A stretch of DNA of 64,000 nt from Dehalococcoidia bacterium (lineage in GTDB: Bacteria > Chloroflexota > Dehalococcoidia > Plut-88900), in assembly GCA_965249275.1 (NCBI GenBank), contig CBDFLQ010000005.1, forward strand, positions 384,001-448,000, written 5' to 3'. A program made the translations under genes and the position numbers. This document shows, piece by piece, positions 47,905-60,961 of the stretch (position 1 is the stretch's first letter; each line of letters begins with the position of its first letter). The notes under the pieces were generated by a model, which was not told the origin of the DNA, ran no database searches, and worked only from the letters and a program-made list of their open reading frames with translations.

Positions 47905-48281
47905 TCCGGTCAGCCTTTCTCCGGTCCGCTATTGCCTCTGCCGATGAGACCTTCGGGCGCCTCGGGTCCCGAGGGCTGGGAGTAGGGCCTGACCTCTCTC
48001 CCTCGATGGGTCGTAGATGCGCCGAGGCGTGAGAGGGCCAGAGCCATAGGCTCGCCGAGGGGAGTGAGGGTGATCACGTTTCCAGTCTCACCTATGTGCA
48101 AGGACGTTTTGGGACTCCTGTCTCTGCCATCTGCTTACCTTCATGACCATCTTAAGCGCGAGCAACGATAGTCCCACCACCCCACGTTTACAAGGGTTTT
48201 TTGAGCGGGTTTCAAACCTGAAATCCTGCACACTCGGGGCCCGGGACGCCCTTCTATCACTACTGGATGTATCCCGAAGTC

Positions 48282-48310
48282 TTGACACCGCCAAATCATG
48301 AACATATACT
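48282..48310 (+). promoter_or_regulatory. rRNA promoter
   Basis: TTGACA-N17-TATACT about 190 nt upstream of 23S. Confidence 0.8.
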
Positions 48311-48498
48311 TTCCGTTACACCTCGGAAGGAACAGGTATAGCCGGGTAGGTCCGGCCAACGCCCAATTGACGTACTGACAATCAATAACAACTTGATGAG
48401 TACTCTAGAGCGGCTTGAGGAACATCGGGCCGCTTGTTTGTCTGAGGAGCACATTAAAAACTGAATAGAGAAGAACGTTCTGTCCGGGTCTTAATGTA

Positions 48499-51632
<3,134 letters not shown>

Positions 51633-51707
51633 TGCATTATGACACGTGCAGAACGTTCTAATTCTCTATTCAACACAGCGGATCGGGCTCATACCCACCG
51701 CATATGA

Positions 51708-51782
51708 CGCGGGGTGGAGCAGTGGCAGCTCGTCGGGCTCATAACCCGAAGGTCGTTGGTTCGAATCCAACCCCCGCTACCA
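51708..51782 (+). tRNA. Initiator tRNA-fMet (CAT)
   Basis: Cloverleaf with C1:A72 mismatch, GGG/CCC anticodon stem, loop CTCATAA, TTCGAAT, encoded CCA. Confidence 0.96.
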
Positions 51783-51791
51783 AAGACAGAA

Positions 51792-51825
51792 AAAGGCCCC
51801 CGATTGCTCAGGGGGCCTTTCCTTT
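51792..51825 (+). terminator. Intrinsic terminator after tRNA-fMet
   Basis: AAAGGCCCCC-N9-GGGGGCCTTT CCTTT. Confidence 0.75.
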
Positions 51826-51855
51826 AGCCAAGGATGACATTTGTGTCCGTATATC

Positions 51856-52065
51856 TCATTTTCCCCTTAGCTCTTGTGCAGTCCCTCCGGCCTTGGCATC
51901 CTTGGCGCTTCGTTCAATCTCATCAAAGCGTTCGGGCCTCCTGGATGGCTTCACAGAGCCATAAGCAGACTCCAAACTGAAGGAGGCTGCAGCAAGTCTC
52001 CCTTCGGCAGGGATGGTCGTCTGGTCCTCCTGTGTGGCTTTTGCAACGATCTTTCTCATTTGCAT
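51856..52065 (-). CDS. Small orphan protein, possibly a degenerate AbrB/MazE-type antitoxin
   Basis: AGGG RBS; AKATQEDQTTIPAE resembles the AbrB T..GQ.TIP motif; SLESAYGSVKP tail. Confidence 0.4.
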   Translation of the reverse strand: MQMRKIVAKATQEDQTTIPAEGRLAAASFSLESAYGSVKPSRRPERFDEIERSAKDAKAGGTAQELRGK

Positions 52066-52134
52066 ACCCTAATTATCTAGCATTGATTCAATGCAAGGTC
52101 ATTATAACTTTGGTTACTAGAACCTCAGGCACAC

Positions 52135-52178
52135 AACCCGAAGGTCGTTGGTTCGAATCCAACCCCCGCTACCAAAGA
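52135..52178 (+). repeat. Exact 44-bp duplication of the tRNA-fMet 3' half (att-like)
   Basis: Identical to 51743-51786; followed by a related terminator hairpin at 52182-52222. Confidence 0.9.
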
Positions 52179-52270
52179 AATAAAAAGGAAGGCCCCCGAG
52201 CAATCGGAGGCCTTTCCTTTTTCAGTCCCAAGCCCTGTTTTCATTGAGCTGTAGGGCTATAATCCCCCAC

Positions 52271-52960
52271 ATGAACACCCCCGATACCAAGGTGGTTAAG
52301 GACCGCTACCGCCGCCTCGCCTCCGATTACGATAACGCCATGAGCTTCCTCGACCGCGTCCGAGCCGCCGCCTTCGAACACCTCGACCTCAAGCCAGGCG
52401 AATCTGTCCTTGACCTCGGCTGTGGCACCGGCATCAGCTTTGAACGGCTTCATCGGGACGTCGGGCCGCAGGGACGCATCATCGGGGTGGAATTCAGCCC
52501 CGATATGCTCGAGATGGCCCGCCGGAGGGTCGAGCTCAACGGCTGGCGCAACGTGACCCTCATCGAGGGCGATGCCAACACCGTCGACATCCCCGGCCCC
52601 CTCGATGCAGCACTGGCCTTCTTCGTTCCCGAGATCCTCAATTCGCCCGTCGCCGTTCGCCAAGCCCTGGACTCGCTTTCTCCCGGCGGCAGACTTGTAG
52701 CATCCGGCGTGAGGCACGCCCGCGGTCCCCTGGGTCCGCTGTTCAATTTCTATTTCCAGGCGAGGTTCAGAACCTGGCGATGGGTGGGCGTCAGGCGCGT
52801 CATCCACAGGATGCTCGGCAGAGGCCAGCCGTATGCCGTCCTGGAAGCCTCCGCCCCCAACCTGGAGCGCTGGGACTATATGCTCGGCTGCGCCTACGTG
52901 GCACGGGCAACCAGGGAGTCCCAAACCTCTGGGCACGCGCGACCTCAGTCGAACGCATAG
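52271..52960 (+). CDS. Class I SAM-dependent methyltransferase, copy 1
   Basis: VLDLGCGTG, IIGVEFSPDML, IEGDA. Confidence 0.9.
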   Translation: MNTPDTKVVKDRYRRLASDYDNAMSFLDRVRAAAFEHLDLKPGESVLDLGCGTGISFERLHRDVGPQGRIIGVEFSPDMLEMARRRVELNGWRNVTLIEGDANTVDIPGPLDAALAFFVPEILNSPVAVRQALDSLSPGGRLVASGVRHARGPLGPLFNFYFQARFRTWRWVGVRRVIHRMLGRGQPYAVLEASAPNLERWDYMLGCAYVARATRESQTSGHARPQSNA

Positions 52961-53008
52961 CCGGACGCTCCCGGCGATCTGAATTTGGGACAACGTATAA
53001 TCGCCCAT

Positions 53009-53668
53009 ATGAACACCTACGACGCCCAAGCCCAGAAAGACCGCTACAGACGCCACGCCGCCGAATACGACAAGGGGAAGCGTTTTTCGGATCGCATCCG
53101 CCACCACGCCATCCGACGCCTGGACCTCAAGCCCGGCGAGTCCGTTCTTGATCTCGGCTGCGGCACGGGCCTCAGCTTCGAAATGCTTCAGCAGGGTGTC
53201 GGGCCACAGGGAAGGATTATCGGGGTTGAGCTCAGCCCGGAGATGCTTGAGATAGCACAGGAGAAGGTCGAGCGGAACGGCTGGGAGAACGTGACCCTCA
53301 TCCAGGGCGACGCCCAGACAGTGGAAGTCCCCGGCCCCCTGGATGCTGTCCTTGCCTTCTTCGTGCCAGAGATCCTCATCTCCCCGCCTGCTGTCACCCG
53401 TGTTATCGACGCATTGGCGCCCGGAGGCCGGCTTGTCAACGGTGGAGTGAAGCACGCCCAGGGGCTCTTGGGCCCGCTATTCAACCTCTATTTCCAGGTG
53501 CGGTTCAGGACATGGCGATGGGTCGGGGTGAGGGGATCGATGAAAAGGGTCTTCGCCAAGGGCCAACCCTATGACGGGCTGGGAAAGGTCGTGCTCAGGC
53601 TGGAGCGTCAGGACTACATGCTCGGGTGTGCGTATATTGCGCGGACGGTGAAGGGCCAGACTTGCTGA
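53009..53668 (+). CDS. Class I SAM-dependent methyltransferase, copy 2
   Basis: VLDLGCGTG, IIGVELSPEML; close paralog of copy 1. Confidence 0.9.
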   Translation: MNTYDAQAQKDRYRRHAAEYDKGKRFSDRIRHHAIRRLDLKPGESVLDLGCGTGLSFEMLQQGVGPQGRIIGVELSPEMLEIAQEKVERNGWENVTLIQGDAQTVEVPGPLDAVLAFFVPEILISPPAVTRVIDALAPGGRLVNGGVKHAQGLLGPLFNLYFQVRFRTWRWVGVRGSMKRVFAKGQPYDGLGKVVLRLERQDYMLGCAYIARTVKGQTC

Positions 53669-53671
53669 CCC

Positions 53672-54052
53672 CTACGCACGGAACCTGAGAGCCCTAGCTA
53701 CCCGTCTCTGTTGCGCGTCCAACGTGATGAACGTCACTACTTGGGGGTCAGCCGCTATGTGAAGCGCTGTGGCCAGATGCCACAAGTCTGCACCCCGAAC
53801 GTAACCCGCTTCCAATACCTTTGAAATTTCGAGGGTTAGAGGACGGTCAGGCATAACCCATCTGATGCCTGACAGGATCTGGGCATCATATCTTCTTCCC
53901 GTTCTAAGATACGCCGCGCGGACCTCGGCCTCGAGTAGATTAGATGACCGAAGATCGGAGAACTGCTCCATGTGTCGCTCAGAGTCAGCCTGACCAGCTT
54001 CCCCAAATGCGACCGCAACAATAACCGAAGAGTCTACATAGGCAGTAGTCAT
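53672..54052 (-). CDS. PIN-domain (VapC-like) toxin
   Basis: AYVDSS, LEAEV, RGADLWHLATA, ITLD. Confidence 0.85.
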   Translation of the reverse strand: MTTAYVDSSVIVAVAFGEAGQADSERHMEQFSDLRSSNLLEAEVRAAYLRTGRRYDAQILSGIRWVMPDRPLTLEISKVLEAGYVRGADLWHLATALHIAADPQVVTFITLDAQQRRVARALRFRA

Positions 54053-54324
54053 CAGTCCCTTTCAGCTAGGAACCGCTCCAATGCCCCCGGGATGTATTCT
54101 CCGCCCTTGAACGGAACCCTTTTCTGGCGTGGGCCCACCAGTACTCCGCGACGCTCCAGCTCCCGGTCTCTCTCCTCTTGGGTTTGTTTACGCGTCTCTA
54201 GAGGCCGGATTTCGGCCACCGGCTCACCGCGGTACGACACCGTTACCGTCTTTCCTTCCCGCACCTGACGCATGACTTCAGAGAATCGGGCCTTGGCTTC
54301 GTATGTTGTGTATGTGATACCCAT
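54052..54324 (-). CDS. Phd/YefM-family antitoxin
   Basis: EAKARFSEVMRQVREG.TVTVSYRGEPVA; stop overlaps the toxin start. Confidence 0.88.
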   Translation of the reverse strand: MGITYTTYEAKARFSEVMRQVREGKTVTVSYRGEPVAEIRPLETRKQTQEERDRELERRGVLVGPRQKRVPFKGGEYIPGALERFLAERD

Positions 54325-54352
54325 AGTTGCAATTATAACTGGTCAGACTAGT

Positions 54353-55576
54353 CTATTCAATTACACTTTCGGATTTCTTCCCCCGCAACACCACCCCACC
54401 CCCCTCCAACTCCCCAATCTTCTCCTCCGAATAGCCCATGCTTCTCAGCACATGTTCTGTGTGCTCACCCAGCATCGGGGCCCTCTCCCCCACCCCACCC
54501 GGCCTCCCACTCAACTTCACGGGAGTGTCGATCATCCGCGTTCTCCCGACCCCCGGATAGTCCACCTCAGCCATAAATCCGTTCGCCTCGATCTGCGGGC
54601 TGTCGAAGACATCCTTTGCGCCGAGTACCGGGGCGCATGGGACGTCGTGCTCCTCCAGCACCTGCAGCCACTCACTCATCGGGCGTGTCGAGAACACACC
54701 TGCCAACACCTGGAACAGCACACTGCCGTTTTTTATCCGGCCCAGGGGTGTCGAGAATCGAGGGTCATCCAGAACGTGCGTTATCTCTAATGCTTCGCAG
54801 AGGCCGCGGAACTCCTTGTCACTGATGACCACTATGTTCACCCATTCCCCGTCGGAGCACTCATATGGCAGATAGAGGGGCTGGTTGGCATAGTCCTCCC
54901 CCGACTCCCCACCCGACTCCACCTCCGAGTCGGCTCTCACCAAATCCACCGCCTGCATCGCCATCGACATGTGGAGCAGCGACGTGCTGACTTCCTGTCC
55001 TTCCCCCGTCTTCTCCCTGTGCATCAGCGCCAGCGCTATGCCGTAGCACATCGCCCAGGGCGCTGACATGTCCGCCGCCCAAATGCCCGCATTCCTCGGG
55101 ATGCCCTCGGGCCCCGACCGCCGCATCATCCCCGAAAGCGCCTGGAATATCCGGTCGTAGCCCCGTTTCTCAGCATACGGGCCCCGGTCCCCGTACGCTC
55201 CAACCCTCGCGTACACCAGCTCGTTATTCACGGCCCGCAGGCTTTCGTAGTCGTAGCCCAGGCGTCGGGCGACTGGAGGACGGAAGTTCGCTATCAGGAC
55301 ATCCGACCGTTCGACGAGAGCGTAGACAATCTCCTTACCCTCGGGCTTGGAGATGTCGACGGCTACGCCCTTCTTCCCCCGGCCCACCACCGGCCAGGAC
55401 CGGCTCTCGCCGTTGGGGAGGGGAGGACTGCTGAAGGTGCGTCGGGCCTGGTCGCCCCACGGGGGCTCGACCTTGATGACATCCGCGCCCTGATCGGCCA
55501 GGTACGCCCCGATCAGCGGCGCAGCCCACATGGACGCAATGTCCAGGACTTTTATTCCTTCAAGCACTCCTGGCAT
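54353..55576 (-). CDS. CaiB/BaiF family III CoA-transferase
   Basis: LADQGADVIKVEPP.GD, ANFRP, GYD, APMLGEHT. Confidence 0.92.
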   Translation of the reverse strand: MPGVLEGIKVLDIASMWAAPLIGAYLADQGADVIKVEPPWGDQARRTFSSPPLPNGESRSWPVVGRGKKGVAVDISKPEGKEIVYALVERSDVLIANFRPPVARRLGYDYESLRAVNNELVYARVGAYGDRGPYAEKRGYDRIFQALSGMMRRSGPEGIPRNAGIWAADMSAPWAMCYGIALALMHREKTGEGQEVSTSLLHMSMAMQAVDLVRADSEVESGGESGEDYANQPLYLPYECSDGEWVNIVVISDKEFRGLCEALEITHVLDDPRFSTPLGRIKNGSVLFQVLAGVFSTRPMSEWLQVLEEHDVPCAPVLGAKDVFDSPQIEANGFMAEVDYPGVGRTRMIDTPVKLSGRPGGVGERAPMLGEHTEHVLRSMGYSEEKIGELEGGGVVLRGKKSESVIE

Positions 55577-55599
55577 CGTGGTATCCCTAAGCCGAGCCC

Positions 55600-57126
55600 C
55601 TACTCGGCATTGTTATACACATAGAACGGTTTGCCCTGTCCGGGTTCCCAGGCCTCGTAGAAGCGTTTGATGTAGGGCTTCAGCTCCTCGGCGGTGCGCC
55701 GCCGAGAACGGGCCTCTTCCGACAGGGGCCTGGCCAGTTCACCCTTCAGGCTCTGCATCATGCGCTTCTCGTCGACGCTGATGATCCGGCTCCCTTCCAC
55801 CATTACTCGACCGTCTATCATCACCGTGTCCACGTCGGACCCCTTCGCCTTATACACCAGGGCATCGACTATCGGGGATTCCGGGTCCAGGTAGGGCTCG
55901 GTGATGCTGCCCAGCCTTATCGTTATCAGGTCGGCCTTCTTCCTCGGCTCCAGGGCCCCGACATCATCAAACATCGTGGCCCGGGCCCCGCCCAACGTGG
56001 CCATGCTGACTATCCGGTCGGCGGTTAGGGTCGGGGAATTCACTCCGGGGTTCCGGTGCAAACGGTGGGCCAGGCGCATTTCCTGGAGAAAGTCCTCATC
56101 CTCGTTCAGCGATGTGCTGTCCGTGCCGAGTGCCAGGTTGAGGCCCCGTGCCGCCATCTCCGCCACGGGTGCAATGCCAGTCCTCAGTCTCAAGTTCGAG
56201 CTCGGGTTTGTACAGACGTGCACGCCCCGCTCCTTGACCAGATCCAAATCCTCCCCGGTCAACCAGACTGCGTGGGCCAACGACACGTCGGGGCCGAGGA
56301 ATCCCAGGTCGTCCAGGTGCGCCAGTGCCGTCTTACCATAGATCTTGAGCCCGATGAGCTTCTCGTAAACGCTCTCCACCAGGTGGATGTGCAGTCCCGT
56401 CCCCAGTCTCGTAGCGGTCGCTCTCATTCTCTCCAGAAGCGCGTCCGAGCACCAATGAGCGTTCGCCGGAGAGAGCATGACCCGCACGAACTCGTCGTCG
56501 TGGTGTCTGGCGTGGAGGGACTCGGAGAGCGCTATGTAGTCGTCGTCACTGATATGCTCGTCGTCCAGGACCTCCTTGGCCCGCGCCGCGAGGTCGGTGG
56601 GCAAACGGCTCAGAAACACCGACTCGTCCTCGGCGATGATGCGGTATTGGCTCTCCACGTACACCGAGAAGTTGACCCTCATCCCAGCGTCGGCGAAGGC
56701 GGTGAGAGCTTTTTCGCAGTCCTCCGGTGTCTCCGCCGCAGCCCCGGGGCTCAGGTTGAACATAACCGTCGTCACCCCGGATCGAAGCATCTTCATGCAC
56801 GCGTACAGCGTGTCCAAGTACATGTCGACAGATTTGCGGCCCCAAGAGTCGGCCATCCAGTATTCCAGATGGTCGTCCAGGCTGCCCTTCATCAGGGGGC
56901 TGACCCCCTTGCCGTGATGGTGCGCATTGATCAGGCCGGGCATCACCAGGAAATCATCCCCGCCCAATACCGGGGCATCCGGGTGCTTTTGGCTAAGCTC
57001 CTGAAAGGACCCGACCTCCTGGATCACTCCATCCCGTTGATATATCGCACCGCCTTGCAACACACCGGTCTCGTGCCCCGAGGCACGGGTAATGAGATAT
57101 CTTCCGTGGACTATGGATGAAGTCAT
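55600..57126 (-). CDS. Amidohydrolase_1 (AtzA/MtaD-like deaminase family)
   Basis: MPGLINAHHH, HIHLVE, AHAVW, NPSSNLRL, LGTDS; ATG 57126 with GAGGAG RBS (the 57714 start overlaps the next gene). Confidence 0.88.
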   Translation of the reverse strand: MTSSIVHGRYLITRASGHETGVLQGGAIYQRDGVIQEVGSFQELSQKHPDAPVLGGDDFLVMPGLINAHHHGKGVSPLMKGSLDDHLEYWMADSWGRKSVDMYLDTLYACMKMLRSGVTTVMFNLSPGAAAETPEDCEKALTAFADAGMRVNFSVYVESQYRIIAEDESVFLSRLPTDLAARAKEVLDDEHISDDDYIALSESLHARHHDDEFVRVMLSPANAHWCSDALLERMRATATRLGTGLHIHLVESVYEKLIGLKIYGKTALAHLDDLGFLGPDVSLAHAVWLTGEDLDLVKERGVHVCTNPSSNLRLRTGIAPVAEMAARGLNLALGTDSTSLNEDEDFLQEMRLAHRLHRNPGVNSPTLTADRIVSMATLGGARATMFDDVGALEPRKKADLITIRLGSITEPYLDPESPIVDALVYKAKGSDVDTVMIDGRVMVEGSRIISVDEKRMMQSLKGELARPLSEEARSRRRTAEELKPYIKRFYEAWEPGQGKPFYVYNNAE

Positions 57127-57285
57127 GGGCTGTCTCCTCACCGCACTGGCAAGCTGAAAACAGGATAGCATACACCCCGGCCCCTGCCGCCCGGCTTGAC
57201 ACTTCATCCGGCCCGTCCGTACCATTTCCTCGGCAGGCCTTTGGTTTAACCCTTCGGAGGCCCGCTTTGTAAAAGGAGAACCGTC

Positions 57286-58920
57286 TTGGTTATTGCAGCA
57301 GGCCAAAGAAAATTCAACGTCATCCGCAGCTACGTCGACACCAAGGCCCCGGCGTTCCAGGAGAACAGGGCCCACCAGATCGGCCTGTTGGAGCAGCTGA
57401 GGGAACGGCTGGAGATCGTAAGGAAGGGTGGGCCTGAGTCCTCCGTCGCCCGACATAAGGGCCGAGGCAAGATGACCGCCCGCGAGCGCATCGAAAAGCT
57501 TGTCGATCACGACAGTCCCTTCCTCGAGTTCAGTCCCCTTGCCGCCTGGGAGATGTACGACGGCGTTGCCCACTCCGCGGGTATTGTCACGGGCATCGGC
57601 ATGGTCAGCGGACGCGAGTGCATGATCATGGCCAATGACGCCACGGTTAAGGCCGGCGCCTACTACCCCCTCACCGTAAAGAAACACCTCCGCGCGCAGG
57701 AGATCGCCCAGCAAAACCGGCTCCCCTGTATCTACCTGGTCGACTCCGCAGGCGCATTTCTACCCCTCCAGGCCGACGTCTTCCCCGACAAGGAACACTT
57801 TGGCCGGGTCTTCTACAACGAATCGGTAATGTCCTCCCAGGGCATCGCGCAGATTGCCGTGGTCATGGGCTTCTGCACCGCCGGCGGCGCCTACGTTCCC
57901 GCCATCGCCGACGAGTCGATAATAGTGAAGGGCACGGGATCCATATTTATCGGGGGGCCGGCCCTCGTGAAGGCCGCCACCGGCGAAGAGGTTACCGTCG
58001 AGGAGCTGGGCGGGGCCGACGTCCACACCCGGATCTCAGGTGTCTCCGACCACTACGCCGCCAACGACGAAGAGGCCATCGCCATCACGCGGGAAATCGT
58101 ATCCGGCATCCCCGTAAAGAAAGAGCTGCCCTGGGAGCTCACCCCACCCCGCCCACCCGCCTACGATCCCCAAGAGCTGTACGGCCTCCTCCCCAAGGAC
58201 CTCCGAACCTTCATCGACACCCGAGAGATCATCGCACGCCTGGTCGATGGCTCCGAGTTCCAGGAGTTCAAGGCCCTCTACGGCGAATCCCTTGTCTGCG
58301 GTTTCGGCCGAGTCATGGGCTACCCCATAGGCATCGTCGCAAACAACGGCATCCTCTTCTCCGAGTCCTCCCAGAAGGGCGCCCACTTCGTAGAGCTTTG
58401 CTGCCAGCGCAAGGTGCCCCTGCTGTTCATGCAGAACATCACCGGCTTCATGGTAGGCAAGGAGTACGAAAACCGTGGCCTGGCAAAAGACGGGGCGAAG
58501 CTGGTCATGGCCGTCTCCAATGCCCAGGTCCCAAAGTTCACCCTGATTTTCGGGGGGTCTTTTGGGGCGGGGAACTTCGGCATGTGCGGCCGGGCCTACA
58601 ACTCCCGGCAGCTATGGATGTGGCCCAACGCCCGCATCTCCGTGATGGGGGGTCGGGAGGCGGCCAACGTCCTTCTTACCCTTCGCGTCGACAACCTGAA
58701 GGTCAAGGGCGAGTCCATGACCCAGCAGGAGCAGGACAAGTTCAAGGCTCCCATCCTGGAACGCTACGAGGCTGAGGGCAGCCCCTACTACTCCACCGCC
58801 CGCCTCTGGGACGACGGCATCATCGACCCCGTCGACACCCGCATGGTCCTGGCCCTCGGCATCTCCGCCGCTCTCAACGCCCCGGTTCCCGAAACGCGCT
58901 TCGGCGTCTTCAGAATGTGA
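57286..58920 (+). CDS. Methylcrotonyl-CoA-type carboxylase, carboxyltransferase subunit
   Basis: [43 protein letters not shown]. Confidence 0.92.
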   Translation: MVIAAGQRKFNVIRSYVDTKAPAFQENRAHQIGLLEQLRERLEIVRKGGPESSVARHKGRGKMTARERIEKLVDHDSPFLEFSPLAAWEMYDGVAHSAGIVTGIGMVSGRECMIMANDATVKAGAYYPLTVKKHLRAQEIAQQNRLPCIYLVDSAGAFLPLQADVFPDKEHFGRVFYNESVMSSQGIAQIAVVMGFCTAGGAYVPAIADESIIVKGTGSIFIGGPALVKAATGEEVTVEELGGADVHTRISGVSDHYAANDEEAIAITREIVSGIPVKKELPWELTPPRPPAYDPQELYGLLPKDLRTFIDTREIIARLVDGSEFQEFKALYGESLVCGFGRVMGYPIGIVANNGILFSESSQKGAHFVELCCQRKVPLLFMQNITGFMVGKEYENRGLAKDGAKLVMAVSNAQVPKFTLIFGGSFGAGNFGMCGRAYNSRQLWMWPNARISVMGGREAANVLLTLRVDNLKVKGESMTQQEQDKFKAPILERYEAEGSPYYSTARLWDDGIIDPVDTRMVLALGISAALNAPVPETRFGVFRM

Positions 58921-58942
58921 CCCCAACCCGAAAGTAACTCTC

Positions 58943-60961
58943 ATGTTTGACAAAGTTCTCATAGCCAACCGGGGCGAGATCGCCGTTCGGGTGATGCGCA
59001 CCTGCCGAGACATGGGCATCTCCACCGTCGCCGTCTACTCCGACGCCGACAAGGACGCCCTGCACGTCCGCTTCGCCGACGAGGCCGTGCGCATCGGCCC
59101 GGGACCCGCCACCGACAGCTACCTGAATATAGATGCCGTGGTATCCGCTGCCCTCAGCGTCGGGGCGCAGGCAGTTCACCCCGGCTACGGCTTCCTCTCC
59201 GAAAACGCCAGTTTCGCCGAGGCCTGTGCCGCCGCCGGTATAGTGTTCATCGGCCCGTCCCCTCACATCCTGCGCCTCCTGGGAGACAAGTCGGAGGCGA
59301 AGAAGCGTGCCCAGCAGGCCGGTGTGCCCGTGGTGCCAGGCTTCTACGTGGAGGGGCTCGAGCCCGAAGCCATAGAGCAAAAGGCCGGGGAGATCGGTTA
59401 TCCCGTCCTCATTAAGGCCGCTTTCGGGGGTGGGGGGCGGGGAATGCGCACCGTATCGGAGGCCGGCGAGCTTACGGAGGCCATGGAAGGCGCACGACGG
59501 GAGGCCATGTCTTCTTTCGGGAACGACACCGTAATCCTCGAAAAGCACATCGTTCGGCCTCGGCACATTGAGGTTCAGATCATCGGCGATTCCCACGGCA
59601 ACCTGCTGAGCCTCGGAGAGCGTGAGTGCTCCGTCCAACGCCGCTTCCAGAAGGTTATCGAAGAGACACCCTCGGTGGCCGTCACCCCAGAGATTCGAGA
59701 GGGCCTCGAAAGCTCCGCCCTCGCCCTGGCTTCCGCCGTAAACTACACCAACGCCGGTACAGTCGAGTTCCTCCTTGATGCCGACGGCAATTTCTACTTC
59801 CTTGAGGTAAACCCCCGGCTCCAGGTCGAGCACCCGGTCACCGAGTGGGTAACCGGCCTGGACCTCGTTCGGTTGCAGCTGCTCGCCGCCGCGGGAGAGC
59901 ATTTGCCTATCGACAAATCGGCTGTCCAATCCCGTGGTCACGCCATCGAGGCCCGGGTCTACGCAGAAGATCCCGGAGCGGGCTACCTGCCCGGCGCGGG
60001 CCCCTTGCTCCGCTTTTCGCCGCCCTCTCTGCCCTGGGTACGCCACGACGTCGGTGTGTACCAGGGTTTTGAGGTACCCGTTTTCTACGACTCCCTTCTC
60101 GCCAAGATCGCCGTATACGGAGAGGACCGGGGCCAAGCCATACGCCGCCTCCGCGAGACCCTCGACGCCTATGTCGTGTCCGGCGTCCCGACCAACCTGC
60201 AAATGCTCCGTGTCATCGCCCAGGACCCTGACTTCAATGCGGGGGCCATAGACACCGAGTACGTCGGGCGGCAGATCGAACCCGTCCTTATCCCTTCAGA
60301 TGAGCTTCCCGTCCAAGCCCTCGCTTCCGCCATAGCCCACGAGCTTGTTTCCTCAGGGTTGGCAGGTTATGAGTCGGGGGAAGAGGTACCGGAGGCCGGT
60401 GACGTCTGGAGAAGGCCCGGGCCCTGGCGGATGGGTCGGCTCGACATGTCCTATGCTTTCACCCATGCGGGAAGCGGTGTCTCTGCGACGGTCACCAATA
60501 AGCCCGGCTCAACGGCCTGGGCCGTTCACACTCTCGACCACGACTTCGAGCTAGTCCTATCCCCCACTCCCAGGGGCGGCACCCAAGCCACTATCGAAGA
60601 GGAAACTTGGGCCGTAGAAGTCACGCCCACAGATGGCGGCTTCCTGGTGCACTACGCCAACTCCGACTATCTGCTGAGCAGGTCAAGCCAAGTCTACACG
60701 GGACAGGCCGGGGGTCTGGCCGCGGGTCCCGGGTCCGAGACCGGGATAAAAGCGCCGCTTCCCGGCGTCGTTGCCAAGGTCCGGGTGCAGGAAGGTGATG
60801 AGGTCACGGCGCGCCAGACTCTCATTGTTCTGGAGGCCATGAAGATGGAGCATTTGATCACCGCCCCCTACGACGGCGTCGTAGCGAAAATCTCCTGCGA
60901 GGCCGGCATGCAGGTGACCAAGGGCGCTGTGCTTCTGGAGATGGAACCTGCCGGCTCCTAG
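58943..60961 (+). CDS. Acyl-CoA carboxylase alpha subunit (biotin carboxylase plus BCCP)
   Basis: ANRGEIA, HPGYGFLSEN, GGGGRGMR, RLQVEHPVTE, EAMKM. Confidence 0.93.
   Translation: MFDKVLIANRGEIAVRVMRTCRDMGISTVAVYSDADKDALHVRFADEAVRIGPGPATDSYLNIDAVVSAALSVGAQAVHPGYGFLSENASFAEACAAAGIVFIGPSPHILRLLGDKSEAKKRAQQAGVPVVPGFYVEGLEPEAIEQKAGEIGYPVLIKAAFGGGGRGMRTVSEAGELTEAMEGARREAMSSFGNDTVILEKHIVRPRHIEVQIIGDSHGNLLSLGERECSVQRRFQKVIEETPSVAVTPEIREGLESSALALASAVNYTNAGTVEFLLDADGNFYFLEVNPRLQVEHPVTEWVTGLDLVRLQLLAAAGEHLPIDKSAVQSRGHAIEARVYAEDPGAGYLPGAGPLLRFSPPSLPWVRHDVGVYQGFEVPVFYDSLLAKIAVYGEDRGQAIRRLRETLDAYVVSGVPTNLQMLRVIAQDPDFNAGAIDTEYVGRQIEPVLIPSDELPVQALASAIAHELVSSGLAGYESGEEVPEAGDVWRRPGPWRMGRLDMSYAFTHAGSGVSATVTNKPGSTAWAVHTLDHDFELVLSPTPRGGTQATIEEETWAVEVTPTDGGFLVHYANSDYLLSRSSQVYTGQAGGLAAGPGSETGIKAPLPGVVAKVRVQEGDEVTARQTLIVLEAMKMEHLITAPYDGVVAKISCEAGMQVTKGAVLLEMEPAGS

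Noticed and set aside
48075-48280. Riboswitch upstream of the EamA pair
   Set aside because: No recognisable aptamer consensus by eye; a covariance search would be needed
52135-52174. Second tRNA-Met gene
   Set aside because: Only the 3' half is present; no D arm or 5' acceptor strand
57127-57714. 196-aa N-terminal extension of the amidohydrolase
   Set aside because: Overlaps the divergent carboxylase gene; a good RBS and ATG exist at 57126
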